Source: Gammaproteobacteria bacterium
GTDB lineage: Bacteria; Pseudomonadota; Gammaproteobacteria; Eutrophobiales; Eutrophobiaceae
Assembly (NCBI GenBank): GCA_965243205.1
Contig: CBDEUK010000002.1
Coordinates: 672,001-736,000, forward strand
DNA: 64,000 bases
Direction of reading: 5' to 3'
Shown here in pieces: positions 1 through 11,364 of the stretch. The first letter of the stretch is position 1. The number at the start of each line of letters is the position of its first letter. The notes beneath the pieces were generated by a model, which saw only the letters and a list, made by a program, of their open reading frames with translations, was not told where the DNA came from and ran no database searches. The position numbers and the translations under genes are program-made.

Positions 1-430
1 CGAAGGCTTTTAATTCTTTAAATCCAGCAGAACGATTTTTCGCAAAACGAAAATCATCACCGATAATGATATGTTTGGTATTTAATCCTTCTAGTAATAT
101 GTCTTTACAAAAATTATCACCACTTAGCTCAGCTAGTGTTTTATTAAATCCAAGTACAACGACATAATCAATTTCGGATTCTTGCATTATTACTAGTTTT
201 TCTCTCAAGGAACTTAATCGTGTTGGCGCAACTTCTGGTTTAAAATACTCTAAGGGCTGTGGTTCAAAAAAAATCACCGCTGATTCACAATCCATTTCCT
301 TAGCTTTATGTTTAACCTGTTTAAAAATTGATTGATGACCTAAATGACCTCCATCAAAATTACCAATTGTCACTACAGAAGGTGCCATTAGGTTTGAATT
401 ATTTTTAGCTAAGTGCCTGATGATTCGCAT
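1..430 (-). CDS. ribF: Bifunctional riboflavin kinase/FAD synthetase, N-terminal part (runs off window start)
   Basis: Not in the ORF track. Manual translation from ATG at 430 gives MRIIRHL...SVVTIGNFDGGHLGHQ, the RibF nucleotidyltransferase motif. Usual position downstream of murJ. Confidence 0.93.
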   Translation of the reverse strand, partial: MRIIRHLAKNNSNLMAPSVVTIGNFDGGHLGHQSIFKQVKHKAKEMDCESAVIFFEPQPLEYFKPEVAPTRLSSLREKLVIMQESEIDYVVVLGFNKTLAELSGDNFCKDILLEGLNTKHIIIGDDFRFAKNRSAGFKELKAF

Positions 431-435
431 AAGGT

Positions 436-1977
436 TTATTCCGTTTTCAATAATAATTGATTTAAGCGAACACCAAACACAAATAGTGCACTGAAATAAA
501 CTGCAGAACCTAAGACAACTAAAATAGCTAATCGCTTGATCCGATCAAACAAATCAGCCACTTCCCAAAAAGCAGCTTCAGGATTCACCATGTATAAACT
601 CACTGCCATGAATCCCACACCTAAGAAAATTTGAAATAATAGGCGTCCCCAACCAGGTTGTATATGAATAACAGAATGTTTCTTTAAAGTATAAAACAAC
701 AAACCTGCATTAACCGTTGCTGCCAATGATGTCGCTAAAGCTAAACCTGCATGCTTTAAAGGAAATACTAAAAGCAAACTTAAAATAATATTGACCACCA
801 TTGCAAACACTGCAATACGTACTGGAGTTTTCGTATCTTGTCTGGCAAAAAAACCATTCGATAGCACTTTAACCAAAATCAAGCTCATTAAACCAATCGC
901 GTAAGCAACTAAACTCTGCTGAGACATGACTAAATCATTAGCGGTGAATTCACCGTGAAAATAAATCGTCGAAATAAGCGGTCTTGAAATAATAATTAAA
1001 GCAACAGCAGCAGGCATGCCTATAATAAATACCCAGCGTAAAGCCCAATCCATTAATTTAGCAAACTCATTAGGCGAACCTTTCACATGTTGTTCGGAAA
1101 GATGTGGTAAGACAACTGTTGCTAAAGCAATACCAAACACACCGAGTGGAAATTCCATTAAGCGATCCGAATAATATAACCAAGAGATACTGCCCGAAAC
1201 CAACCATGAAGCTATGATCATACTAATCATAATATTTATCTGTGCAACTGAACCTGCAAATAATGTTGGCAACATTAATTTAAATACTTTTTGTACACCA
1301 GAATGTCGCCATTGAAATTTTGGCTTGGGTAGTTTTCGTATTTGCATTAAAAAAGGTAATTGAATCGCTAGTTGAACTATACCTGCAATCAATACTCCCC
1401 AGGCTAGCGCTGTGATAGGCTCTTCTAATTTAGGTGCTAATACAATCACTGCTAATATAATTGAGATATTCAATAACACGGGTGTAAATGCTGGCACAGT
1501 AAAACGCTTATAAGTATTTAATATTCCACCAGCCATTGCCGTTAGCGAAATCAACATTAAGTATGGAAAGGTAATCCGTAGCATGTCCACAGTTAATTCA
1601 AACTTACCTTCCTGTGAAGAAAAGCCTGAAGCAAAAACATAAATTAAAATGGGTGCGGCGATAATCCCAATAACTGTAATTAAAAATAAAATGCCTGCCA
1701 AAGTACCACAGACATAATCAATCAATTCTTGAGTTTCAGTTTCGTCTTTTACATTTTTATATTCAGATAGCACCGGTACAAAAGCCTGAGAAAAACCGCC
1801 TTCGGCAAATAAACGTCGAAAATAATTAGGTATTTTAAACGCTACAAAAAACGCATCTGTCTGATCTTTTGCACCAAAAAAATTGGCGATAATGACATCT
1901 CTTGCCAGTCCAGAAATTCTGGACAGTAGAGTCATCAAACCAACAATGGCAGTGGATTTAAACAGACGTTTGCTCAA
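436..1977 (-). CDS. murJ: Lipid II flippase MurJ (MviN)
   Basis: SRISGLARD, AFKIPNYFRRLFAEGGFSQAFVP and DRLMEFPLG motifs; many TM helices; ribF/rpsT context. Confidence 0.97.
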   Translation of the reverse strand: MSKRLFKSTAIVGLMTLLSRISGLARDVIIANFFGAKDQTDAFFVAFKIPNYFRRLFAEGGFSQAFVPVLSEYKNVKDETETQELIDYVCGTLAGILFLITVIGIIAAPILIYVFASGFSSQEGKFELTVDMLRITFPYLMLISLTAMAGGILNTYKRFTVPAFTPVLLNISIILAVIVLAPKLEEPITALAWGVLIAGIVQLAIQLPFLMQIRKLPKPKFQWRHSGVQKVFKLMLPTLFAGSVAQINIMISMIIASWLVSGSISWLYYSDRLMEFPLGVFGIALATVVLPHLSEQHVKGSPNEFAKLMDWALRWVFIIGMPAAVALIIISRPLISTIYFHGEFTANDLVMSQQSLVAYAIGLMSLILVKVLSNGFFARQDTKTPVRIAVFAMVVNIILSLLLVFPLKHAGLALATSLAATVNAGLLFYTLKKHSVIHIQPGWGRLLFQIFLGVGFMAVSLYMVNPEAAFWEVADLFDRIKRLAILVVLGSAVYFSALFVFGVRLNQLLLKTE

Positions 1978-2108
1978 CAGTGATATCCGAATGTGTAAAT
2001 AGTAATCGAGGTTTATTGTTATTAAATTAAAGTGCGAAAGGATAACATATTAGAGGCTGGCTAAGCACAGACGAGCCAAGAGGCTAAAAAATATAATAAG
2101 TGGAAAAG

Positions 2109-4379
2109 TTAGTTTTTACGCTTGAGAAGACCCAAAGCGCCTAAAGCAGCCATAAACATCCAAATTGATGCTGGCAGTGGGACAGGTTGCACTGAGGCAA
2201 TTAATCTAACCACATCGGTAGTTCCAATCTCATCAATCAAATACTGTAATTCCCAAAGAACGCCCTGGATGGTGGGTAAGTTTACGAGTGAGAAAACGCC
2301 TACAATAGAAGTCGCCGTTAAAATATCAAAGCTATCACCATCATTTGGAATAAAACCGTTGTATAAGACTACATCTAATGTTCCATCTAAAGTCGCTGTG
2401 CCGTCTACCTCTACAACATCGTATTCGGTTTCAGGTGTAATTCCGCCCAATTCAATCAACATAGAAGCATTAGTTTGCTGAGTGTAGTCACCACTAATAG
2501 TCAATAATCCAGGAGAATTGCCTGGAGATAAAATACCGCCTACATTGACCAAGCTTCCAAATATTTTTTCCGTAGATAAAGTACCTGCTGCGAAATCTAA
2601 TTGGCCTGTAAATCGGTTATCTATGACACGCGCGTTCACAACTCCACCATTGATAAACAGTATTCCTGTTGACCAAATGTTAATTCTATCTGCATTGGTC
2701 ACACCTCCAGTGATTTCGTAATAACCTTCACCAGAGTCATCTAATCCTGTCCCACCACCATTACCGAGCTCTAAACGATCTGTGGTATGTGTCCCACCAC
2801 CATTAACAAAGGTCGCATTACCCCTTTCGTCTTCCGGTAAATCTGGTGGTGAAGCTAATTCGGTCACTTCAGTAGTCAACGTTCCGCCTTCTAATGAATA
2901 CTGAGCCGTGCTTCCCGCACCCTCGGCAAAACTGAGTGCGCCAACATTATGATCACCACCAAAATGATCAAAAACACCTTCACCAAAATAACCAATCGTG
3001 GCACCGCTTGCTTGTACTGTTCCTGAATTTAGTTGGTAGTAACCTGCACTGCCAGCCTCGTTACCTAATTGCAATAATGTGTAATTGTTAGTACCACCAT
3101 TTTGAACAAGCTCTGCATTGGTGATACCAGTTCCATTACCTACTATCATGGAGCTGATAGAATTATTGCCTGAAAATGTAGCCTGTCCATCAACGATGCC
3201 ATGAGAGAAATTGGTATTCGATTGTGCTTCCAAAATGCCATCCTCTCCAACGATAAGCTGGTTTGCGCCAGTGACATTTGCTCCATTCAAGAGTCTTAAA
3301 ACACCCTCTTCAGCAATAATATCGCCCGCTAGAGTAATTAAACCGCTTAAGGTCTGAGTACCCAAGCGACCACGTTTGACTAAATTACCATCGCCGAAGA
3401 TTCGTCCTGAAAAACTGCCTTCTCCAATCGCTCCAAAGCCATCGTAATTCCCAATAACAAGCGTATTACCACCACTGATTCCAACGCGCGCATCGCCAAG
3501 ACCATTTCCTTTTAGACCATTTATGGCATCTGCCGAACCCATGCTGAAAATGACTCGAGCAGAATTATTGACTACCAGATCAGATGCATCTGCCAATCGA
3601 GCGCCAATGTCGATGCGTAAATCACCACTGTTTACAATGGTTTGACCAGTATAAGTATTAACAGCTCGTAGACTCACCCTGGCACCATTGCCACCAAATA
3701 TCCGCACATCACCCGATCCAGTTATCGGGGCAGAAACACGAATATCTGAACCATTCGAACGCAAACTGAGTCGATTACCATTGGTATTGATCGGGTCGGT
3801 AAAATTAAAGAAATACTGTTGGCCACTGAGTGTATTACCAGGTTCATTCACATTACTAGTTAAGATATCAATATTTGAACCCAGCACTATTGGAATATCA
3901 AATCGTGTGTCGTTCCTCAGTCCTCCTATTTCTATTGCCCTATGAAGCGTTAATCTCGCACCATTACGTGAATTGAAAAAAGCCTCGTCATAGCCAGAAT
4001 GCGGGAATACATCAATTAACATTGCACCCAGAGTCCAATTACGATCTAGGGTACTGGGAAATTCAATATCCGTTAAAATCCCATTTTCAAAATCCTCAGC
4101 GAACAATATTTCTGTATTTGAACCACTAGTGGGTAAGACACCCTGTTTCCAGTTCCCTGGATTCGACCAATAAGAAGCAGAAGTCACTTGAAATGGAAAA
4201 GTACCGGTAGTTTCATCAGGACGTCCTCCTAGAAAATGCGCTCGATCCATCGGCGGAGGTGCACCAGCAGCAACAGTGAAATTAGTAAAAGCTAATGAGG
4301 TAAAAATAAATATTTTACTTAACATTAAAATGCTAAGACTAGATGTATTGATAAAACTGAAAAAATATGGCTTTTTCAC
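2109..4379 (-). CDS. VPLPA-CTERM (PEP-CTERM-type) sorted surface protein with autotransporter-associated beta-strand repeats
   Basis: C-terminus VPLPASIWMFMAALGALGLLKRKN (motif, TM helix, basic tail). Contains NTYTGQTIVNSGDL and LVKRG..TQTLSG repeats and Gly-rich beta-helix-like repeats. Start placed at GTG 4379 behind an AAGGA RBS (ORF track starts at 4400). Confidence 0.88.
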   Translation of the reverse strand: MKKPYFFSFINTSSLSILMLSKIFIFTSLAFTNFTVAAGAPPPMDRAHFLGGRPDETTGTFPFQVTSASYWSNPGNWKQGVLPTSGSNTEILFAEDFENGILTDIEFPSTLDRNWTLGAMLIDVFPHSGYDEAFFNSRNGARLTLHRAIEIGGLRNDTRFDIPIVLGSNIDILTSNVNEPGNTLSGQQYFFNFTDPINTNGNRLSLRSNGSDIRVSAPITGSGDVRIFGGNGARVSLRAVNTYTGQTIVNSGDLRIDIGARLADASDLVVNNSARVIFSMGSADAINGLKGNGLGDARVGISGGNTLVIGNYDGFGAIGEGSFSGRIFGDGNLVKRGRLGTQTLSGLITLAGDIIAEEGVLRLLNGANVTGANQLIVGEDGILEAQSNTNFSHGIVDGQATFSGNNSISSMIVGNGTGITNAELVQNGGTNNYTLLQLGNEAGSAGYYQLNSGTVQASGATIGYFGEGVFDHFGGDHNVGALSFAEGAGSTAQYSLEGGTLTTEVTELASPPDLPEDERGNATFVNGGGTHTTDRLELGNGGGTGLDDSGEGYYEITGGVTNADRINIWSTGILFINGGVVNARVIDNRFTGQLDFAAGTLSTEKIFGSLVNVGGILSPGNSPGLLTISGDYTQQTNASMLIELGGITPETEYDVVEVDGTATLDGTLDVVLYNGFIPNDGDSFDILTATSIVGVFSLVNLPTIQGVLWELQYLIDEIGTTDVVRLIASVQPVPLPASIWMFMAALGALGLLKRKN

Positions 4380-4563
4380 TGATTCGACTTCCTTACACAT
4401 AAATGAGCATGTCTCTCAAGCTAACTCATTCTAGCATCTGATTAATATTTAATCAGTTTTAATTGTTTGATTGAAATTTATATCACTGGATTTTTAATCA
4501 CTCGAAATCGATAAAACAGCAATCAAATATTGAAAAATCTTTACGGATTAATGCCCGAATTGA

Positions 4564-4592
4564 TTGACAAATGCGGCTAAAATCCGCATATT
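4564..4592 (+). promoter_or_regulatory. sigma70 promoter of rpsT
   Basis: TTGACA (4564-4569), 17 bp spacer, CATATT (4587-4592), then a GC-rich discriminator; closely resembles the E. coli rpsT P2 promoter as recalled. Confidence 0.8.
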
Positions 4593-4623
4593 ACGCCCCT
4601 TTTTAACGACCAGGAGTAAGACA

Positions 4624-4884
4624 TTGGCGAATATTGCCTCTGCAAAGAAACGAGCCCGTCAGGCGGTTACTCGTAACCAAAGAAATTCGAGCCAACGCTC
4701 AATGATGCGTACCTTCATGAAAAAGGTCATCAGTGCGATTGAAGCAAAAGACAAAGACGCTGCTACAGAAGCTTTTAAAACAGCCGCTCCATTATTAGAT
4801 AGAGCTGCAAATAAAGGTTTGATTCATAAGAACAAAGCCGCTCGCCATAAAAGCCGTTTAAACGCGCAAATCAACGCTCTATAA
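4624..4884 (+). CDS. rpsT: 30S ribosomal protein S20
   Basis: [12 protein letters not shown]...[16 protein letters not shown] start at 4624 after an AGGAG RBS; a UUG start is typical for rpsT. Confidence 0.97.
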   Translation: MANIASAKKRARQAVTRNQRNSSQRSMMRTFMKKVISAIEAKDKDAATEAFKTAAPLLDRAANKGLIHKNKAARHKSRLNAQINAL

Positions 4885-4896
4885 AAGAATTCTATA

Positions 4897-4926
4897 ATCC
4901 AGATACTTAATAATCGGTATCTGGAT
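4897..4926. terminator. Hairpin between convergent rpsT and proB
   Basis: Perfect 10-bp inverted repeat ATCCAGATAC / GTATCTGGAT. Confidence 0.6.
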
Positions 4927-4931
4927 AATTC

Positions 4932-7077
<2,146 letters not shown>

Positions 7078-7092
7078 TTAAAACACTTCCAT

Positions 7093-7191
7093 AATCTTCG
7101 AATTACTTCGTTGCTCATCTTTCTGCGGTATTCATTTATTTTCATATAAATTCCATTCCTCGAAAAACTCGCGCCTTGTTCTCCGAAGATT
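7093..7191. repeat. ERIC/IRU-like imperfect palindromic element
   Basis: Terminal inverted repeat AATCTTCG / CGAAGATT, inner ATTTAT-N6-ATAAAT stem, and CGTTG...TCA-stem-TCC...CGCCTT layout like ERIC. Only one copy in this window. Confidence 0.45.
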
Positions 7192-7284
7192 CTGTCGGTT
7201 TTATTATTTGAGTAGTTTATGCATCAATGGTGTATATCGTATTTTTTGTCTTATTTCTTACTTATACACTTTTTCAAATTAAAT

Positions 7285-7311
7285 AAAAAACCCCGCAGAA
7301 GCGGGGTTTTT
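7285..7311 (-). terminator. Rho-independent terminator after rpmA (bidirectional shape)
   Basis: AAAAAA-CCCCGC-AGAA-GCGGGG-TTTTT. Confidence 0.9.
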
Positions 7312-7331
7312 ATACAAATTAGAATTGACCC

Positions 7332-7589
7332 TTAAACCGCTTCAATACTGACAAATGTACGGTTTTTCGGGCCTTTGGTTTCAAATACCACTTTACCATC
7401 TGCTTTCGCAAATAATGTGTGGTCTTTACCTAAACCAACATTTACTCCAGCATGCATTTTGGTGCCACGTTGACGAACTAAGATGTTGCCCGCTTTTACC
7501 ACTTGACCGCCAAAGCGTTTAACACCTAATCGTTTGGATTCTGAATCGCGGCCGTTTCTGGTACTACCGCCTGCTTTCTTATGTGCCAT
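7332..7589 (-). CDS. rpmA: 50S ribosomal protein L27
   Basis: [24 protein letters not shown]. Confidence 0.99.
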   Translation of the reverse strand: MAHKKAGGSTRNGRDSESKRLGVKRFGGQVVKAGNILVRQRGTKMHAGVNVGLGKDHTLFAKADGKVVFETKGPKNRTFVSIEAV

Positions 7590-7607
7590 TGTTATAAACC
7601 TCTGAGA

Positions 7608-8222
7608 TTAACTCTCTTTCATGAATTCTTTAGCTTGACTAACCCAATCATCACGTTCGATTCGGCCTTTAAAATTAAGCTCAGTATCAACTCGTTCGAT
7701 CTCTTCTTTAGTAAATTCAGCAATTTGCTTAAATGAAGTTATGCCTAATTTGTGCAGTTTACCTTCTAAGACAGGTCCAACACCAGAAATACGTGTTAAA
7801 TCATCTACCGCACCTGCTTCAGCAATAATATCGCGTTTTTCTGCTTTTGGCTTAGGAGCAGCCTTTGGTTTTGCTTCAGCTTTTGGAGCTGCTTTCTTTT
7901 TAGATGCTTTACCAACAGCGATATCAGTAATTTTTAATTCAGTATAAGACTGTCGGTGGCCCATTTGCTTACGATGATGCTTACGGCGACGAAATTTAAT
8001 GATTTTAACCTTCTTACCGCGACCATGAGCACTAACTTCAGCACTGACCACAGCACCATCAACGTATGGCTTACCAACGGTAACGTTATCGCCATCAGCG
8101 ACCATCATAACATCGTCTAATTCGACGGTTTTGCCCGCTTCTGCATCTAATTTTTCAACACGCAATACGTCTCCCTCAGAAACTTTATATTGCTTGCCAC
8201 CAGTTTTAATAATTGCGTACAT
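7608..8222 (-). CDS. rplU: 50S ribosomal protein L21 with C-terminal Lys/Ala/Pro linker and HhH-like domain
   Basis: [14 protein letters not shown]...[11 protein letters not shown], then an extension ending [17 protein letters not shown]...[13 protein letters not shown]. Start placed at ATG 8222. Confidence 0.96.
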   Translation of the reverse strand: MYAIIKTGGKQYKVSEGDVLRVEKLDAEAGKTVELDDVMMVADGDNVTVGKPYVDGAVVSAEVSAHGRGKKVKIIKFRRRKHHRKQMGHRQSYTELKITDIAVGKASKKKAAPKAEAKPKAAPKPKAEKRDIIAEAGAVDDLTRISGVGPVLEGKLHKLGITSFKQIAEFTKEEIERVDTELNFKGRIERDDWVSQAKEFMKES

Positions 8223-8399
8223 CCGCATGTTCTCCGAAAAGGAAGTTACCCTAGAATTGAAGGGGCGAGATTCTATGAAATAAACCCTAGATATACAAGT
8301 ATAAAAGGCCATTTTCTGATAAATCTGCGCAGATTCATCGAATATTCACTTGGCTAGTAATCTCAGCATTGGCACAATAGCATTATTAGAGGAGATGAC

Positions 8400-9425
8400 G
8401 TGACCAACAGTTCGATTTCAAGCAATTCCAGCCCAGTTCGCCTTAGACCAGAAATGACCATTGAGGCCATTCGTGGCCTGATCAGTCAGGATATGGGCGA
8501 GGTAAATCAACTTATTCAACAGAATTTGCACTCTGAAATCGCACTTATTAATCAATTAGGCCACTATATAATTAATAGTGGCGGTAAACGCCTGCGCCCT
8601 ACTCTACATTTATTATGCTCAAGGGTATTTGCCTACAACGGCAACGATCACATCAAATTAGCCGCAATCTTGGAATTTATTCATACAGCTACATTGCTTC
8701 ATGATGATGTAGTAGACGCCTCTAAGTTACGTCGCGGACGTGAAACAGCCAATCAATTATGGGGTAATGAGGCCAGCGTTCTGGTCGGTGACTTTTTATA
8801 TTCTCGCGCCTTTCAAATGATGGTATCGGTCAACTCTATGCGTGTGATGGAAATTTTGTCTGAAACGACAAATATCATTGCGGAAGGAGAAGTATTACAA
8901 CTTTTGAACACACACGATCCTGATACTACTGAAAAATCGTATTTAGAAGTTATTCATAATAAGACCGCTAAATTATTTACTGCAGCCGCACAACTATCTG
9001 CCGTAATATCGAATGGGACAACAGAACAAGAAATCGCTATGGCAAATTATGGAAAACATTTAGGTACGGCATTTCAACTCATCGATGATTGTTTAGATTA
9101 TACTGCTGAATCTTCGCAACAATTAGGTAAAAACATTGGCGATGATTTATCAGAAGGAAGACCAACCTTACCTTTACTTTATGCCATGTGGCATGGCGAT
9201 GAATATCAATCTAAAATCATCCGTACCGCAATAGCAAATGGTGGACTTGAAAATATATCAACCATTCAAGACGCAATCATTAAAACAGGTGCAATTGAAT
9301 ACTCCAAACAATTAGCAAGGAAAGAAGCCGAGCTAGCAATCAATGCTTTAGAAATATTCGAATTCTCACCTTATGTAGAAGCCCTACAATCCTTAGCTAA
9401 ATATTCAGTAGAACGAGAATATTAA
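8400..9425 (+). CDS. ispB: Octaprenyl-diphosphate synthase
   Basis: GGKRLRP, LLHDDVVD and FQLIDD motifs; divergent from rplU as is usual. Confidence 0.95.
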   Translation: MTNSSISSNSSPVRLRPEMTIEAIRGLISQDMGEVNQLIQQNLHSEIALINQLGHYIINSGGKRLRPTLHLLCSRVFAYNGNDHIKLAAILEFIHTATLLHDDVVDASKLRRGRETANQLWGNEASVLVGDFLYSRAFQMMVSVNSMRVMEILSETTNIIAEGEVLQLLNTHDPDTTEKSYLEVIHNKTAKLFTAAAQLSAVISNGTTEQEIAMANYGKHLGTAFQLIDDCLDYTAESSQQLGKNIGDDLSEGRPTLPLLYAMWHGDEYQSKIIRTAIANGGLENISTIQDAIIKTGAIEYSKQLARKEAELAINALEIFEFSPYVEALQSLAKYSVEREY

Positions 9426-9473
9426 AAATATAAAATTAATATTGCTCTATTATTTAGTAATCATGTTAGTAAT

Positions 9474-10205
9474 ATGAAATATATTTTTTCTATATTTATC
9501 ATATTTTTTTTAGTGAACGGATATTGTGAAACCAATAAGCAAAAAGATATCTATTTACTTATTGGGCAGTCAAATATGGCTGGTAGAGCACCCGTTTTAA
9601 AACAAGATATGTTGGAAATTAAAAATTGCTTTTTATTAGACAATCAAAGCATTTGGATTCCTGCCAAAAACCCTTTAAATATATATTCTTCTATTCGTGG
9701 ACCTAAAACGTCTCAAAAGCTTGGCCCTGGCTATAGTTTTTGTAAACACTTAACAAATATATATAAAAATAAAGAAGTAGGATTGATTGTAAATGCTAAA
9801 GGTGGAACGAAAATAGAAGAATGGTTAAAAGGAAAAAAATTCTATAATGAAATTATCTTCCGAGCTAAATCTGCTCAAGGAGGAAAGATTAAAGGTATTC
9901 TTTGGCATCAAGGAGAATCTAATATTGATGAGCCCTCCGAATATTTCGTCAATCTAAAAAAACTAATTTTCGATCTGAGAACAGATTTGAAAAACGAAAA
10001 ACTACCTTTCATAGCTGGAGAAATAAATAATGCGCCTATGTTAAATGCTCAGATTAGAAAACTATCTACTGAGATAGCTTATAGTTCGTACGTGAGCAGT
10101 ATAGATTTGAATACTTTTGATCAATGGCATTTTGATAACCCAAGCATAAATAAGTTGGGTAAAAGATATGCTTTAGAAATGATTAAGCTACTTAATAACT
10201 ATTAA
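9474..10205 (+). CDS. Exported SGNH-fold carbohydrate acetylesterase (SASA/CE6-like)
   Basis: Signal peptide; GQSNMAGR nucleophile motif, WHQGES, DxxH (DQWH). Confidence 0.85.
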   Translation: MKYIFSIFIIFFLVNGYCETNKQKDIYLLIGQSNMAGRAPVLKQDMLEIKNCFLLDNQSIWIPAKNPLNIYSSIRGPKTSQKLGPGYSFCKHLTNIYKNKEVGLIVNAKGGTKIEEWLKGKKFYNEIIFRAKSAQGGKIKGILWHQGESNIDEPSEYFVNLKKLIFDLRTDLKNEKLPFIAGEINNAPMLNAQIRKLSTEIAYSSYVSSIDLNTFDQWHFDNPSINKLGKRYALEMIKLLNNY

Positions 10206-10224
10206 AATTAATAGAGACAACAAT

Positions 10225-11304
10225 GTGAACAATAACAAACATTTATATTGGCTTGATCTAATAAGATTTTTAGCAGCTTTAGTTGTTGTAATTGTACACG
10301 CTAGAGGCTCATCCTTTGTTAAATATGGATTACTTGAAGATTCTGATAAATCTGTATTGATTACTATTTTTTATGCTCTAACCAGAATAGGCAACGAAGC
10401 AGTCATTGTTTTTTTTGTTCTAAGTGGTTTTTTAGTTGGAGGTAAAGTTTTTGATCGGGTTTTAAAAAATACATTTAAACCAAAAGATTATGCAATAGAT
10501 CGTTCTGTTAGAATTTTTCTGCCTTTAATTCCAGCTCTGATTTTAACTGCTTTAATACAAAAGATAATTGGAAACCCGTTTGATGTATATGAACTTTTTG
10601 GAAACTTATTTTCATTACAAGGTGTATTTTTTCAGCCATTCGCAGGAAATGGACCATTATGGTCTCTAGCATATGAAATATGGTTTTATATATTTGCTTA
10701 TTCTTTGGGCGCTCTATTTATAAATAAAAAAGAAATTAATGCATTTAGTCTATTTTTATTAATACTTGTCTTTGGTGTTTTTACAGAGTTAAAAATTGTA
10801 TATTTATTTTCATGGATAATTGGCGCTATAGCATATTTTAATTTGCCTAAAGAATTTTCAATTAAAAGCTTTATTATTTCTAATGTATTGATTCTTTATT
10901 CTATAGCATCAACTCAAATAAATTTTGAATCAGTCTCAATAAATAATTTATGGTTTAAGAAATACTTTCCTTCTTATGAAATTTCGATATTGTTATTATC
11001 AATTGGTATTGCATTATTCATACGACAAATTATTTTATTAAAACCTAGAAATCATTTGATAAAAATAATTGATATTGCCGGCAGTTATTTAGCCTCATTT
11101 TCATATACACTATATTTATGTCATTACCCTATCCTACAATTACTAAATTATTTAGGATTTCCAAAATCACAATCTATAAACTTTAATAACATTCTTTTTT
11201 TCATTTCATCCATAATTATATGTTTAATTACGAGCTGGATTATGTATCTACTTTTTGAAAAACATACATATTCAATAAAAAAATGGATGAAAGTTAATAT
11301 TTAA
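10225..11304 (+). CDS. Acyltransferase-3 (OafA-like) membrane O-acyltransferase
   Basis: LDLIRFLAALVVVIVH, FFVLSGFL, WSLAYEIWFY, SYTLYLCH; about 10 TM helices; no fused SGNH domain. Confidence 0.88.
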   Translation: MNNNKHLYWLDLIRFLAALVVVIVHARGSSFVKYGLLEDSDKSVLITIFYALTRIGNEAVIVFFVLSGFLVGGKVFDRVLKNTFKPKDYAIDRSVRIFLPLIPALILTALIQKIIGNPFDVYELFGNLFSLQGVFFQPFAGNGPLWSLAYEIWFYIFAYSLGALFINKKEINAFSLFLLILVFGVFTELKIVYLFSWIIGAIAYFNLPKEFSIKSFIISNVLILYSIASTQINFESVSINNLWFKKYFPSYEISILLLSIGIALFIRQIILLKPRNHLIKIIDIAGSYLASFSYTLYLCHYPILQLLNYLGFPKSQSINFNNILFFISSIIICLITSWIMYLLFEKHTYSIKKWMKVNI

Positions 11305-11312
11305 TTATTTTC

Positions 11313-11349
11313 GATAAAAAAAACCGACATAAAGTCGGTTTTTTTTATC
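11313..11349. terminator. Bidirectional rho-independent terminator
   Basis: GAT-A8-CCGAC-ATAAA-GTCGG-T8-ATC between convergent genes. Confidence 0.9.
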
Positions 11350-11364
11350 TGTTTAGTAAAATTA

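Noticed and set aside
4401-4560. Expected sigma-54 promoter / PrsR enhancer upstream of the VPLPA-CTERM gene
   Set aside because: No GG-N10-GC (TGGCAC-N5-TTGC) match found; only an extended -10-like TGCTAGAAT.
7560-7575. GGCGGTAG core in rpmA (another occurs near 31600 in the ATPase gene)
   Set aside because: Only the 8-nt core without the CGTG tail; explained by Gly-Gly-Ser codons.
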